A stretch of DNA of 64,000 nucleotides from Setoptus koraiensis (Eukaryota > Animalia > Arthropoda), in assembly GCA_048013815.1 (NCBI GenBank), contig CM106586.1, positions 992,001 to 1,056,000 on the forward strand. The letters run 5' to 3'. Positions within the stretch are counted from its first letter, which is position 1, and each line of letters begins with the position of its first letter. This document shows, piece after piece, positions 1 to 14,300 of this stretch. The notes below the pieces were generated by a model that saw nothing but the letters and a program-made list of their open reading frames with translations, did no database searches and had not been told where the DNA came from. Both the position numbers and the translations under genes were made by a program.

Positions 1-296
1 CAGCAACTTGATGGTCGTTTGGCGACAATCGTCAATGGAGTTGTAGAGGCGAAAAATCTGGAAAAATTGGTGAACGTGAAAAATCAATCCGGCGACAGGC
101 GGTTCCGTTGAAGTGTTTGTGTACTTGCAAGTAAAAAATACAGTGATTGTGAACGAGTCAGGCGAAAGTCAATTCAATTTGTATCAATTGATTGTAAGTT
201 TGAGCAGATGACTATTAATTGATGCTCTCTTCCTGTCACAGATTCATTTGCACACTGGCGGGCTGCATTTAGTTGAGTGCGATACGCGATTATTAT

Positions 297-386
297 TTTA
301 ACAATAGCAACAATAACAGCAACGGCAGTAACAATAATAATAATAATGATAATAATAATAGTCACAGTAATGATAATGATAATGAT
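297..386. repeat. AAT/AAC-rich low-complexity tract
   Basis: Runs of ACAATA/ATAATA/ATGATA; these explain the spurious poly-Ile ORFs at 174-474. Confidence 0.85.
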
Positions 387-1654
387 TCGGTCATCATTCG
401 CCCATCAATCGTTTATCGCGATTGTCAATTCATCAATTGAACGCTCCAATAGAGAACTGTGCACTCGAGCATAATGCTCGGTCTGTGCGCTGCGCTGCAC
501 AGACCGGTAGGTGTTAGTCAGTTTGAGTGTGGCTGGCCGCTAAATTGATCCTATCGCCGAAGTATTGTATTGTATCGGTGTTATTATTAAAACTATTGTC
601 ACCATCGTGTGCCGATATATACCGCCCATTCGTATCATACGTATCGAATCGTATGGCACGTTGTGAGCCGGTGTGCAATAAAGGAACAATTGTAATCCGC
701 GATCACTGACAGGCAACTGTTGTTACGCTGCCCTCAGCGCCAATTGCAACCAGCGGCGACCGGGGCCAGTAGCGGCTGCCAGCGGCTACCGACAATGGCG
801 ATGACAGATCAATTTGACAGACTTTTGGTCGATTTATGTGTGTTAAATTGAAGATGAAATAATGTTGGCCGCTGTTGTTGAGAGCCAACAACAAAAACTA
901 TGTGCCGGTATTAGTTTAAATGCATTGGGGCGACTTTATAAGTTTGTAGCTTCACTCGTTCACCATTGAGTGCTTGCAATCAATTGAGTGCTGTTGACAT
1001 ACAAATGACTCTGCTGTTATATTAGAATATATTAGAATATATAGAATGATGATAAAAAAGAATTCATCTTTAACTCGAGTCTCGAGTGATTGTTCACTCG
1101 TGTTGTCAATGAGCCGGCCAAGATGCGACACAATCACTATTCAATGTCAACTTTATATTATATTGCACAGCGGACATTCGCATATCTAATGATGCTCTCG
1201 TTGTGGCGCTGCATGCTCAATTTGTGCGCCACCCTGCGTTATCCACTGATAAGGGGCTCCCATTGGAATATCGTCTGTGTTGATCAATGATCATTGATTG
1301 TTGCTCGCTCTGCGCAATTCACTTACTCCGGTGCCATGCTGGCCGTTAACTGTTGGCCAACTTGGTCGCGCCGCTTGTCAGTGTCAAGCGGCGCGACAAT
1401 TTGTATTTCTCACCTCATATTCTTTTTGTCGTCGTCGTCGTCGTCGTCGTCGTTTATACACGTTGTATACGTTGTATGGGTTGTATAGGTTGTATGTCCC
1501 TCTAGTGCAATGCTGCCCCTCTAATGATGAGAGAGCGAGCACGTGATCTCTCGCACAGCGACAACGGTGTCACTTTATCGCAAGTGAACGCTTTAAATTG
1601 GATCATTTGTCATGCAAATCACTCGCTCCGTTTCTTCCCCTCTCATTGCTCCCT

Positions 1655-1724
1655 ACTCCACACTCGATACTCCACACTCGATACCCCACACTCGATACCC
1701 CACACTCGATACCCCACACTCGAT
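1655..1724 (+). repeat. 14-bp minisatellite, 5 copies
   Basis: Unit AC(T/C)CCACACTCGAT repeated five times in tandem. Confidence 0.9.
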
Positions 1725-2955
1725 GCTTGTGAGTGCCCTGGGACTTGGCCCCAGTACCTGAGTGCCGGCGGACCAACGGGCAAGAGCGAGCGAAAATGGA
1801 ATAAAATTATCATTTTGTTTCAACCTATTCAACTTATTGACTTTTATTTATTCATAATAATGATAGCGCTGAGAGTGTCCATAATTGAGCGGCACAGTGT
1901 TGCAACAAAACAGCGCCTATATGCGCACTTTTAACAACACACTTGACGCTTATGGCGCCATCAAGTCTCTGCCCTCACAAATGGCACCGGGCACAGCACA
2001 TGGGCATAATCTGTGCCATTCTAAACTGGACATGGTCAACATTTATACATGAATACTTTGTCTGTGAATAGTCACAGGCAAAGTGTGTGCAATGCGTGAA
2101 TAGCAACCTATAAAGTGACTCTGTTGGGCCAGGCTAAATCTAATCTAATTTGACACACTTTACCCTGCACACACCGTCCGTACTTTGTGCATCTCGGTCT
2201 GTGTCCTGTGCACCTAAAAGACTGGCTAATTCTCTATAGCACTAACACACTTTGTGTGGGCACCATTTTGAATGGACACACTGATTTTGCAGATCAGTTA
2301 ACCGGAGAGTGTTTGCAAGAGAGAGAGAGAGGTTATAAATAAAGCACAAAACGCCACTACTGCGCATCTAGTCAGGCTGCAATTGAGCATGCGCGCGAGT
2401 GCAATATTTCGCTGTGCCAATGGTGACAGCGACACGATGCAAAATACAGTTGCACAGTATATTCAATTTTCGGTGTCTCAATTGTCAATTGATATACTAC
2501 AATTGACTACTTGACTATAATAATACTAGTATAATAATATTAGTTGTTGTGCTAAGTTTGCATTGTCGTTGCTTGTTTCAGCAATGGTTGCCATAGTTAC
2601 GCTTGCAACAAATCAGACAGCGACCGAGACGCAATAAATGGTTCATTTGTTGAATAGCGGCAGTAGTAGCAGTTATAGATGACGAGATTTGTCGCCTATT
2701 GGCCAAATGAGCAAGTTATAATCAGTTACAATCAGACAGAACACAGTGATTAGTTAACAGTTGGCCAATGAGGTAACAGCACATTTTGGCAGCACACAAA
2801 TTGATTAATTAATTGCACATTCGATCAACAATCAAACGCGACAAATATTCACAGATATTCACATAGATGCTGTTGTCATCTTGTCAACTGTACGAGTTCA
2901 TCCACCAGCAACAACCGAGACAACAACCGAGACAACAACCGAGACAACAACCGAG

Positions 2956-2997
<42 letters not shown>

Positions 2998-3000
<3 letters not shown>

Positions 3001-3595
3001 ATTGCACCAACAAACACAGAGATGGCGACAAGCGATCGATGCTCGTCGACGCCGTCGTCCAATGCAACCGCATCAACCGCAACATCGCCCGTGCCCACAT
3101 CATCATCGCCCCGATCACTGCCAACATTTGCATTGACGCCCACGCCCACGCACTCGCCATCGAGCGCATCATTAGGATCGCCCGTGATGGCGACACCAAC
3201 TCAAACATCATTAGTGGCAAGTGGACATCAGCAACAAATGGCCAGACAATTGCCGGACAACAACAACTCGACCGCAACAACACCAACCGGCGCACCCGCT
3301 CAACCATTAAGCGCGGCGTCGTCGCCAGCGGCAACATCATTAATTACGGGAGCGTCCATGGCAAATTCAAATAAACAACAACAGCACCACCACCAACAAC
3401 AACAACAACAACAGACACCTATGCCCGCAGCAAACAAGCAAACGAGCAATGCCGCCGCCACTGCGGTGGGATTACACAAGCTGGCCATATCGTTTGCCGG
3501 GCACAGTGCGGCAGCGGCCAACATAAGCCACTATTGGCAATCGATGGTGCACAATCAGGCCGCTTTGGGTGCCTGGCGAGAGCGCATAGCGGGCC
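2998..3595 (+). CDS. Nkx6: Nkx6 exon (N-terminal Thr/Ser/Gln-rich region and YW..WRER motif)
   Basis: ORF 2881-3627 frame; consensus donor GTGAGT at 3596, phase 1. Confidence 0.75.
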
Positions 3596-6500
3596 GTGAG
3601 TATCCCTTGACAAACTTCTCTAATTAACAATTATGATTGACATTCACAAATGAACAATCATGATTGATATTCATACATGAATGCTACAACAATAATGATA
3701 ATAATCAACAATTCTCTACAATCACCCCTGTCCTACCTATATGCCTATAATACTACCCGAATGTGACACAAAATACCCTGACGTGTGATTTTACAAAAAG
3801 TGAACGCAGTTGCTGCGGCCGCTGCCCACCATCACCAGCACCACCCGTCACATGCACACCCACATCACCCGCATCAACCGCATGCGCACCCGCATCCGCA
3901 CCCGCAATTGAGCCATCCGTCGGGTCAAGCCGGCGCGAACGGAGCCAACACAATCAATCTCCATGCCAATCATCATCATCATCACGTTAATAGTAATAAT
4001 AGTAATGGCAACAGTGGCACAAACAACAACCAAAACATTGGCAAGACAAGCAACAATATTAGTCAATCTATAAATGATTCAATGGGTCAGCATAATAACG
4101 GCGTCAACTCTAATAGTACTAATAGCAAAAATAAGAAGCACACCAGGCCCACCTTTTCCGGTCACCAGATCTACGTCCTAGAGAAGACATTTGAGCAGAC
4201 AAAATATTTGGCGGGCCCAGAGAGAGCCAAACTGGCCTACCATTTGGCCATGTCCGAGTCGCAAGTCAAGGTGAGTCGATCTCATGATGCATGCAACTGG
4301 CCGAATCAATCACATCGCTCAAATCAATCACATCGCTCAAATCAAGCAGCTCGAGCGGCCTACTGGCGAAACTGTAAACTAGTTGCGTTTTGTTTTTGGC
4401 TGGCAACTTTATTTTATTGATTAGCGTTATCTTGGTCGGGTGCTCGCCAGCGATATGAGTGATCGTCGTGATTGTCGACAGATAATGGCAGCGACACTCT
4501 CGAGAAACCGCTGCATTGTGCTGCGTGGCCTCTGTTTGCGGCCCATTTGTTTGCGCTGTCTCTATTTGCGCGAAAATAACTGGCAAATACGAGTTATACT
4601 TTGTGTCATTGGCAGACACAAACATGCGAGCTGACTGTTCTCAAAAGAATCATATCATCGTATCGTATCGATAAAAAGAATTGAGAGTGGAGAAAAGTCA
4701 AAAGGAACGACAAAGTCAACAGTTAGTTACTTTTGCATTTGCTGCTCGTGTTGAGCTGCTCAGTGCTTGTGCTGTTTGCTGGCCATTGCTGGCTGGGCAA
4801 ACAAACCAGGATAATAATAATACCGGTACTGACAGCAATTGTGTCTGGCACTCGTTGAAAACTGGCATTTCCAAACCAGACACACACACCAACGAACGTG
4901 ACAACGCTAAAAAGTGTTCACTGCTCTACATTTTATTATTATCACTATTATAGTGCTCGTTCTTCATCAAAGTAAACACAACACGCGAACGGCAAACAAA
5001 CTAACTGCTCTGGCCAACACCAAAATCAACCCCAAAACACGAGCTGTTTGTTGAGCGAGGCGCGCAAAATGGGGCCAAAAAGAAGCCAATGTTGTTTTTT
5101 TGTTTTTGAGAATATCCTATCTCAGGCCGCCATTGCTGCGAGCACGATCATCATGATCAATATTTAATATCATCGCCAACAGCAGTGGCTACTTGAAAGT
5201 GACTCCGGCAATCGATACTCGCTTGTTTGCGTTCACCATATACCAATGTACATACACAAAGATGGTTACAACTAACAATGGCCCGATTTAATGCCCAAAT
5301 ACCTATATTGAGCCAATTATCGGTGGCGTTGCGGGCCGGCTGTTCGCTATTTCGGTTCATTGCTGTTCTTGACAATGTCATCATCTTGAAAGCGACTTCT
5401 TCTTCCCTCACCGTGACACATTTATATCTTATTTGCAAGCGACGCTCACTGTCCGTTGTGTTGGTTATTTCTTTGGCGTGCCAGGCAACGGATATGTGAC
5501 TGTGAGGATATATGAGGATGTGGCACAAATTGCAATTGTCAGGTTATTGTCTAATGTGGCACAGATTTGTGTTGACCGTTGCCAAAAGGCACCAAAATGC
5601 CTGAAGAGTGAGCCAAGGTGAGGCCTCGCTGTAACCAGCTTGCGACAAGACGATTGTTGCGCAATTTATTTTATACCATGGGTTTTATTTTCTGCCAGAT
5701 AAAGTTGCCAACACCGCTCACCAGGCGTGGGCTTGTTGCCAGTGGTGGCTTGTTGAGCCAATTGATCAATTGATTGGTTGGCTTTTATGAGAGAGTATGC
5801 AAATTTGCCGTGAGCACTATTATTGTGGAGCGAGTGTAAATTGACACCGGATGGCAATAATAGTTGACTGCGGCCACGCTGAATAATGTGAATAATTGGT
5901 CATCGTCATTGATCAATGGCAATGTGCCAATTGATTGGCACACAATTGATTTAAGTAGCCTTTGCATTTACCTGGTTATGATAAATAAGTTGATGATTGG
6001 CAGGCCACCAAAGAAGCGACACAAACACAACGAAGCTTCTTTTCTCACCAACAACCACACAAGCCTCTGTTGTTGTTGTCGTTGTTGTTCTCGAGCTGCC
6101 AAACTCGATGTGTGTGTTCCCCCAGCGTGTTGTCCAGTGGCCAATTGGCCATTCGTCACATGCGGCCTTCTCCAATCATTGCAGTCCAATGTGTTTCTGA
6201 TCGGACAATCGGTACACCCGTCGGCGCTTGGTCGGCGGCCATCGGGCCACCGGGCCAATAGGCCACTGGGCCGTTAGGCCATTAGGCAGCCAATACAGCG
6301 ACATGTAAATATGCAAATTCTCAACAGTTCTCAATGGCTCTCAATAGTTGCCAATAGTTGCCGATGGCTCTCAACAGTGGGCCAGACCATTGAGACTTGT
6401 TGGCGCGAAATGATGTGACGATTCTCTAGGGCTGCCACGAGCTACCACGCACTGCCACGAATATCTCTCGCTCTCTATAGGTAGTCACGCTTTGTATGGC

Positions 6501-8105
6501 AATCGGTAATGCATTGTATTATTACAATACAATGAGCTGATGAGCGACACAAATCAACTGGCCGCTACCAGAAATCGCATACCATTGATTATAGTTCCAT
6601 TATAGTGGCCAATAAGCCAACATCATAATTATGCAAAGTTTGTCGCACTCACACTGTCACCAGCAGCAGCTATGATACAGTTGTGTTTGCGTTGTCGTTG
6701 CTGCTGAATTCACGTGCTGAGAATCCTTTGTTGTTGCCTCGTATGGTATATAATTCTCAATGTGATCAACGCGGACAATGCGCACAGTGGTTGTCGTGAG
6801 CTCGCCCCAATCAATTATCGCTAAATATTCATGGCCAAATTCACGAAGCTACACTGTATGATACAGTGTGATTCATTACTGTCATATTATATGACTCATA
6901 TATTTAAAAATCATGAATTTAAAAATTTCCGTCCACATTATTATGAATGGTTGAACCATTATGAAGCTTACAATCATGATATTCACGGCTGAATAATAGC
7001 ACTGCTACATTGGTGTCAACAGAGATAATTTGAATGAACATGTCATGTGGATGACAGCAATAATATTGTTGTGTATCTGCCATCAGTTCGCAAAACTGAA
7101 TTGTGAACCAGTGATGGCGAAATATTCACGATGACCAGAGAATTGCACGTCCGCTGTTCATTGGAATCATCATTATCCGTGCGTGTGTGTTTGCGATGGT
7201 ATTATCCCCAACTGAGCGAAACGTTTCAAAGTTGCAAACATTATTAGTTGACATAAGCCAACAATATGTTTAAGCCTATTAAGAGCTGTCCAGTGATGTA
7301 GTATTGCTGTTTGAATGAAATAACGGTAATGCTATTATTATTGGGCATTGTCAGCACCATTCAAGTAACCACCAACGACTAGAATAGCAATTATCTAAAC
7401 TTTACCCATTTATCTATAATATATATTATCCACACTCATATAAATATATGTCACAGGTCTGGTTTCAAAATAGACGAACCAAATGGCGAAAGAAAGCGGC
7501 CGCCGATCAGGCCACCAAAAAGCGCAACAACTTGTTAGGTAACCATGGTAACAGTGGCACCAATTCTGGCGCTGCTGGTTCCTCATCGTCATCCATGCTA
7601 GGTATGGCCGGCCACTCTACAACGGGCATAACAGGTACTATAACAAAGCTAGTGACTTGTATTGTTTGATTAATAGCAGCAAAAACATTACTGATGACTG
7701 ATAATGACAAACTGAGTTGGATATGCATTAATTAATAGCCTTCTCATTGAATATAAATTGATTGTTTGACTTAATTGTTTAGAATTGGACGATGACGCAA
7801 TGTCAAACTCAAACATGGACAGCGACATTGATCTTAGTGATGGCGATGACACAATGGACAACAATGAATCACAACAGCAGCAACAACAACAACAACAACA
7901 GCACACAACTAATTATAGCAATTTTTCATTGTATACACCACAATCACACAATTATCATCTAGCAAATCAATCAACTAACTTAAAGCGCCGTTTATCTAGG
8001 CCATCGCCAACAACAGCAACCACAACACAAGACAACGGCAATGCAGTTAGATCACAACAATCACATCAGCTTAATAAACAATTTAACAGTTTGTTGTTGT
8101 CGTCT

Positions 8106-8137
<32 letters not shown>

Positions 8138-9227
8138 GCAACAACAACAACAGCTCCCAATGCAAAGTGGCGTACATTTACAGCAACAGTTAAATAGCAA
8201 CAATTGCCGGATGTCTCCGTATGGCAACCAATTTGATAATGCAACAGCATCGACAACAGCGACAAGTCAACAACAACAGAACAGTAGACAACAGCATTTC
8301 AATAGTGATAATGATTGTACTAATAGCACTGTCTCACCAATGCTCACTGACCACACAACAAACATGATTGATCATGAGAACAATCACCATCAACAACAAC
8401 AACTGCAGCAACAACAACAACAACAACAATTGTTGACAAACGGAAATGACCAAGAAGGGTTGAGTATATGTACAGGTGGCGCTTCAGCAGCAATAACAAC
8501 AACAACAGCAGCAGCAGCAGCAAATGGTCGCAATGATAATAGTGGCCAAAGTCCACATAGACATCGGCAGCACTTGTTGCAACACGATCAACATTCGCCT
8601 AGCTCCTCATCAATTGCTTCATCTAGTACTCCTAACTCACAACAGGTGTCACCAGGATTGAATGCAACAACAACAACAGCAACAACAACACCAAACGGAA
8701 GTTTAAATGCTACTAATGGATCCAATCATCACTATGGCAACCATTCATCAAGTCATCATCATCATCATCTTGTTTCATCGTTACAACATCATTTGGCTGT
8801 TGCTAGCTCGGTGGGACAGGTGGCGCCCCCATTGCAAATGGCTGCTTTTGCAGCCCATCATCATCATCATCAGCAGCAAGCAGCGGGCGTCAATCATCAT
8901 CAGCATCCGTTAATTACGGCCGCCGCCGCTGCACATCATGTAGCGGCCATTCAAAGTTATCACCAGCATCACCATCATCAGACCAACACAAACCTCGTCC
9001 ACCCAAACTCCACTTCCGGTCAATTGATGGCCAGCTCAACAGTGGGCAGCTGTCAGCAACAACAACAGCAACATCAGCATCAACAGCAGCAGCAGTCACT
9101 ATTGGGGGGTCAATTAGATAACACACACAGTCAACAGTATCATCATCAGACTGCCGTCCCATCGTTGGTCAGTCACCATCATCAGCATCAATTGAGTCAG
9201 CGGCAATTTTTGGCCAATTTACAATAG
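2998..9227 (+). CDS. Nkx6: NK6-class homeobox transcription factor (Nkx6/HGTX); join(2998..3595,3810..4270,7457..7634,7783..9227), about 893 aa; true start uncertain
   Basis: Homeodomain [47 protein letters not shown]|[13 protein letters not shown] is split by a phase-0 GT-AG intron (4271-7456). An upstream YW...AWRERI motif matches NK6 proteins. All three introns have GT/AG ends with matching phases (1, 0, 1). First in-frame ATG is 2998, but the frame is open from 2809. Confidence 0.9.
3810..4270 (+). CDS. Nkx6: Nkx6 exon (His/Asn-rich linker and homeodomain residues 1-46)
   Basis: Acceptor CAG at 3807-3809 (alternative in-frame AAG at 3798-3800); donor GTGAGT at 4271. Confidence 0.9.
7457..7634 (+). 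CDS. Nkx6: Nkx6 exon (homeodomain helix 3, [13 protein letters not shown])
   Basis: Acceptor TCACAG ending at 7456; phase-1 donor at 7635, with in-phase alternatives at 7539 and 7602. Confidence 0.85.
7783..9227 (+). CDS. Nkx6: Nkx6 terminal exon (acidic patch then poly-Gln/His/Ala tail)
   Basis: Acceptor TTTAG ending at 7782, phase matches; 480-aa ORF with no stops; acidic [21 protein letters not shown] after the homeodomain. Confidence 0.75.
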
Positions 9228-9317
9228 AGGCAGCGTTAGTTGGGAGCAAACATTTTAAGATGATGTTTATTCACTATTCAATTAGCATTTTTTCATTTCA
9301 CTAACTAATACAATCTA

Positions 9318-9369
9318 AATCTAAATCTAAATTTAAATTTAAATTTAAATTTAAATTTAGATTCAGATT
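9318..9369. repeat. 52-bp AT-rich palindrome built on (AAATTT)5
   Basis: AATCTAAATCT-(AAATTT)5-AGATTCAGATT is self-complementary with one mismatch; lies 90 bp after the Nkx6 stop. Confidence 0.85.
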
Positions 9370-10539
9370 CAAATTTAAATTTAAATTTAAATTTCAATCA
9401 AAACAACAACAAAATTATGCAATCAAGTGCAATACACAACGTCAGCGGCAACATGACATCGTATATGATTATTATGTAATTATATAATCGCTATCTCGCT
9501 AGATAGACATACATTAATACACCTAATCAATTACTGCCCACTAGATACCAGGTTGTCATTATTATGCATTTTGCACATTCAATACAATGATGCCAATGGG
9601 CAGTGTCGCATAAAAACCAACTAACACACAAACAGTAAGGTTGTTACAGACACAAGTATCGTTACTAGCTCACCTGTGCGGTGATTGAAAATATTATTAG
9701 AGAACGGAAATGCACATGTATTATAGCAGATACAGATAATGGTATCATAGAGACGAGCACATAATATTAAAATATAATATAATATTGAAAAGTTATATTA
9801 ATTATAATAATAAAGTTCAGCGTACACACAAACAAGCAACAAACAGCTTTTTTCGTAACGTTTTCTTGGTAGAAATGAAAATGATTTCCCAAAGTCGTTA
9901 TGAATAAACGACGATAAATCGCAAGCGGATAAAAGAGATAGAGAGAGAGAGAGATCTGAGAGATGTGCCAAAGTGGAGGCCCGCAAACGACCAAAAGAAG
10001 CGCAAGTTATCTCGGCTGGGCTCTCACCTGAGTGGGTGAGGTATGTGCGACACCTTTTTGGGCACATTCCTCGTCGTCATCAATATAATATGATGTCCGA
10101 GTGACACTTTTTTCAAGTTGACACAAATCTCTCTTTTTGTGCGCATCGGCAGCGACTCATGAGAGCAAATAACTGGCAACTTGCAACCCATTTTATGCCA
10201 GACAATGCCGGCCCAGATAGATGTCACCCGATCGGCATTGGGATCTCGTGTCGTGTTCATGAGGTGATAATGAGATGCCTGGAATGATAGTTGAAATGAG
10301 CCGAGAAGAGCGCGACTCCTTTAGATCGGCATCGAGTTATTCAGGGTGCTGAATGCAAGGAATGTTCTCTCTAGGCGTAGGTATACAAGTGGTTAAAAGT
10401 TAAAAGTTGCTCTCCGTCTGTACTCTGTTCGGATTGGATCGGGTCGGATTTTGCAATAAATGCACTTCTATTATTCTTTTTCTCTTGTATGAAAATTCTT
10501 TTTGTCGCGTTCTTTTCTTTGCCTCTCTCCGTACACTTG

Positions 10540-10540
<1 letters not shown>

Positions 10541-10582
<42 letters not shown>
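10541..10582. repeat. (CT)n microsatellite; similar GA/CT tracts near 9935, 10705 and 11360 and a (CA)n tract near 16390-16425
   Basis: Direct dinucleotide runs. Confidence 0.95.
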
Positions 10583-10589
<7 letters not shown>

Positions 10590-11355
10590 TCGGCCGCCTA
10601 TGCGGGCCACAATGTATTCTTTGTTCAATTATTAGCGCGTGACAGTCACTGTGTATAATGTCGCGCCAACCAGTCTGCCAGAAACGCTTTTCTTATCTGT
10701 CGCTCTCTCTCTCTCTCCAATTGCTGGTCATTTGCATACGGTTGGCTGCGATTGTGCGCGCTGCCATTCTATGCCATCCTTTGCACATCGCCAGAGTCAA
10801 GTTGAGTTTAAATGATCGCAAAATAACAGTCACTTGTACACTTATGTTTGCACACCTTGCAACAACGACAACTATCACCGTTTATTTGCATACTTGATTT
10901 TGTGGCATTTTTGCTCTGTGTACAATTGACGCTCTCTATCAACTAATATAGCATTAATCTATTGTATTTCCTCGAAATTAATAGCATTAGTAACACTTGG
11001 TTAAATTTACCCGTTACCATTCATTCATCGTGCTCCTGTTTCGTTCGTTTTTTATGCCCTTTATTTATCATCTATTATCCGCCGTGCCTCGTCCGTCCAG
11101 TGCAACGAACGGTCAATTTGCAGTTGTCCACCGATAAATATCATCGTATCCTTTGGCCACTGGTCGGTCTGGCAATGGCCGATGGTGCCAATTACTCGCA
11201 TCGCTACTTGCGCTATCTCGATATGGTCGATTTGCTACCATTGAAACATCGTTCACTAACAATCCAATCGACAATGTCCCCGCCAGCAGGTAAATCGTGT
11301 GTGCGCTGACCACTGGTGGATCGGTAAACGCACGACTATCTTGATAATTTCAATC

Positions 11356-11391
<36 letters not shown>

Positions 11392-14300
11392 AATTCAATC
11401 TGAATATGAATCTGATCGTTACATTCTCTGGCGATCAATCATGGCATTCTTGTAATGTCCAAGCGAGTTTGTAGCCTCACTTGCAAACATTGGAAAGCGA
11501 CTAACTTTTGACTCGATCAAAAATTGTTCGAAAATACGACAATGACATAACGACCGAACGCATTCAACTATAATTGCGATGGTCACCTCTTGCAACTATT
11601 CATTGGTGAATATCAAAAATTAAAATTGCCTAATGCATGCTTGTAGGTGCCAATTCTACTAACGGAACTTAAACGAATCTGAAAGGCAAAATGATATAAT
11701 GATTGATGGTGCGTTGAATCAATTTAGTAGATACAAGTCACTGCATCATTATCTATCTACACTATCTATCTATCGGTAATCAAGTGTGCCAAAACATTTT
11801 ATGCCCACCAACAAATATTTGAAGGCTCGAAATTGGTGTGGTAAGTCAAAGTTGTTAAGGCCAACGACGAGATAATTCACCTTGGTCAAACTAGCGACTC
11901 CTAAAAACATACTCGTTAACATACGGGACAAATAATATAAATAAATTTGGTTCTAAGCAGGAAGCGGTGCCAAGAATAATTGACTGTGATCTAATATGGT
12001 GTCTAACTATGCTGGCATTGTCTGAAAAGAATTAAATTCCTCAATATGCGAGATGCAGAATTCATGCACAATTGCAACGGTAACGACCAAAACGATTCGA
12101 GAAAAACAATGACGCGATCGATCGCAAATATATATTTATGAAGCATAGGCAAAAATCGATAAAAGCACAATCTCAGAATTGTTAACTTGATTATTATGTA
12201 CGATAACTGCTGATGAATAGTTGCCGGAATTGGTATGTAGGTTCGAAGATAGATTGGCAAAAGAGTCGCAATTTGAATTGTGAGATGCTGCATGATTACA
12301 ATTCATTTAATTATAATTGATGATGCCAGTAATACCAACATAATGATCGTTACATATTGATAAGTTAATCGGAAATCGAAGAATAGTTGCTATTTGCTGG
12401 TTGTGTGAATGATCTTATCCACACAGTAAAGATTAAATATATTGTGCGATATCGGAACAGCATCATCGCGTTTTTCTGTCAGTCATGCAAACACAAATTG
12501 ATTCTTCGTTGTGCGACCAATCGACGCAACAATTTCAATTGTTATCCACGACGATTTTATCCTTTTTAGAAGGCATTATTTGCATTTGATGACGTAATAG
12601 AATAATAGAAACAAGAAGAGGATTAACTAAATTGTTTAGCCTTCTGTTGCTGCGATTTTTACTGCTGGTCTAATCTGTGTGAAAAAAAAGGATTGATCAT
12701 GATCATCATCGAGGGATAATCCTTGTATTGCTATGGAAATCGATTTGCTGCTACCATTCCAATGAATGAATTACATTAATAGTTAGTCTAGATTTCATTC
12801 AATAGTGACCCTTTGGTACAATATCGACAATTTGGAAACAATTTTATTGCTTGCTTTATTCGCATATCTATTTTAGCCACCTACAAACAGGGAGATAGAC
12901 GGATGGCTAAGTTGTTGCGAGACAGATTAACAGCACTTTAGGAAAGGAAGAGAACGCAGCAGCAAAAATAATGATCGCACAAGTCAAAACGATCAATAAA
13001 TCAATTCTCGTTTCAATCAATTTATCTCAGAATGGCAACATTAAATGATGAGGCAGCAATTCAATTAATCTCTATCACAGTTTGTTTGCCTTATGCGAGA
13101 GTGTGTGCTCGTGTGTTAAAATGTGTCTAAGATGGTGTAAATGAGCATCATCACCGACAACGAGTGAAGGAAAATAAACAAACAGGAAGTAATAAACATT
13201 TAGAGCTACCTGTTGATACTATTATGATATTATTAACATGTTGAAGGTAGTTTTAACTGTGAGAAGCAGTTATAGTAGTGGCAAGCAATAATAAAACTTG
13301 TGCTCATTATCTAGCAGTAACTGTGTTCAACGTTTTTACCGTCATCATTCATGGCAACTAGTCAAAGTTGTATGTTAAGGTAACAACAGTGACTAGTTAT
13401 TTGCTTGGTATGATAGTTTGGATGGAAATAATTTGTTATTCAATTTAATTCGGCCGACAACAAAGCAAGAGAGGCTACAAACAAACAATAATTATGTAAC
13501 TGTCTTGGCGTTTCAATTGTGACCACTAGAACCGTTTCAGTGTGTCTGCTGATTCAAATTATCTGTATACGATTGTAAATCATATGGTTATAATTAGAAA
13601 GATTTATGTGCCAACATAAAGCTTACATTTTCATGCAGATGCTACCCACACTGATGCATGCTGATAATGTCATTCTACGCACTTGTTACAAACAATTCAT
13701 TATTATTATCCACTACCAACAGGACGCGATAAAATGGTGCCATTCTCTCCATATGTTGGCCATCGCACATCAGCGAAATAAGTTTTTATTTTGGCCCCCA
13801 ATGAATCCATTTAAATCTTTGTTTGCTCGCATGTCACTAGTGTCCAGTTTGCTCTTTTTTGAAGGAGGCTACGAAGGTTGATGTTTATCTTGTATGAGGC
13901 TTTGCATCATTCGCTCGAACATTGTCAATTGGTATAATGATAGCGAAAAAATCTTATTGTTGCATTATTGTTTGTGAATTGATTGTGATTTAAAGGTCAG
14001 AGCGAGGCGACATCTATCGATGTTGCTGGTCACGTAACAAACATTTTATCTTGAACAGTTTGTCACCAATTGTTGCCACATTATTGCAACAAGCAATCAC
14101 CTCATTATTAATTTGTTGTTAGCTCGTTTGAAAACCTCCGAACCGAATCTATACGGCTGCTCATGTTTGTGTGCCATTTCTGTGTGCGACTGGGCAGTTT
14201 GAAACTCGCCCGTCTAACGTCATACGCCGATGGCAAGCAAAGATTGTCAATAGGCAGGCAATTCTAATGTATCTGTAATGTTACAACAACAATTTCGCAC

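Noticed and set aside
1-111. Possible C-terminal coding exon at the window start
   Set aside because: It gives 36 codons with no recognisable motif and cannot be supported.
2876-3524. Antisense and alternative-frame ORFs over Nkx6, the SOD-repeat gene and DCTN1
   Set aside because: They are shadow ORFs caused by low-complexity or biased codons on the coding strand.
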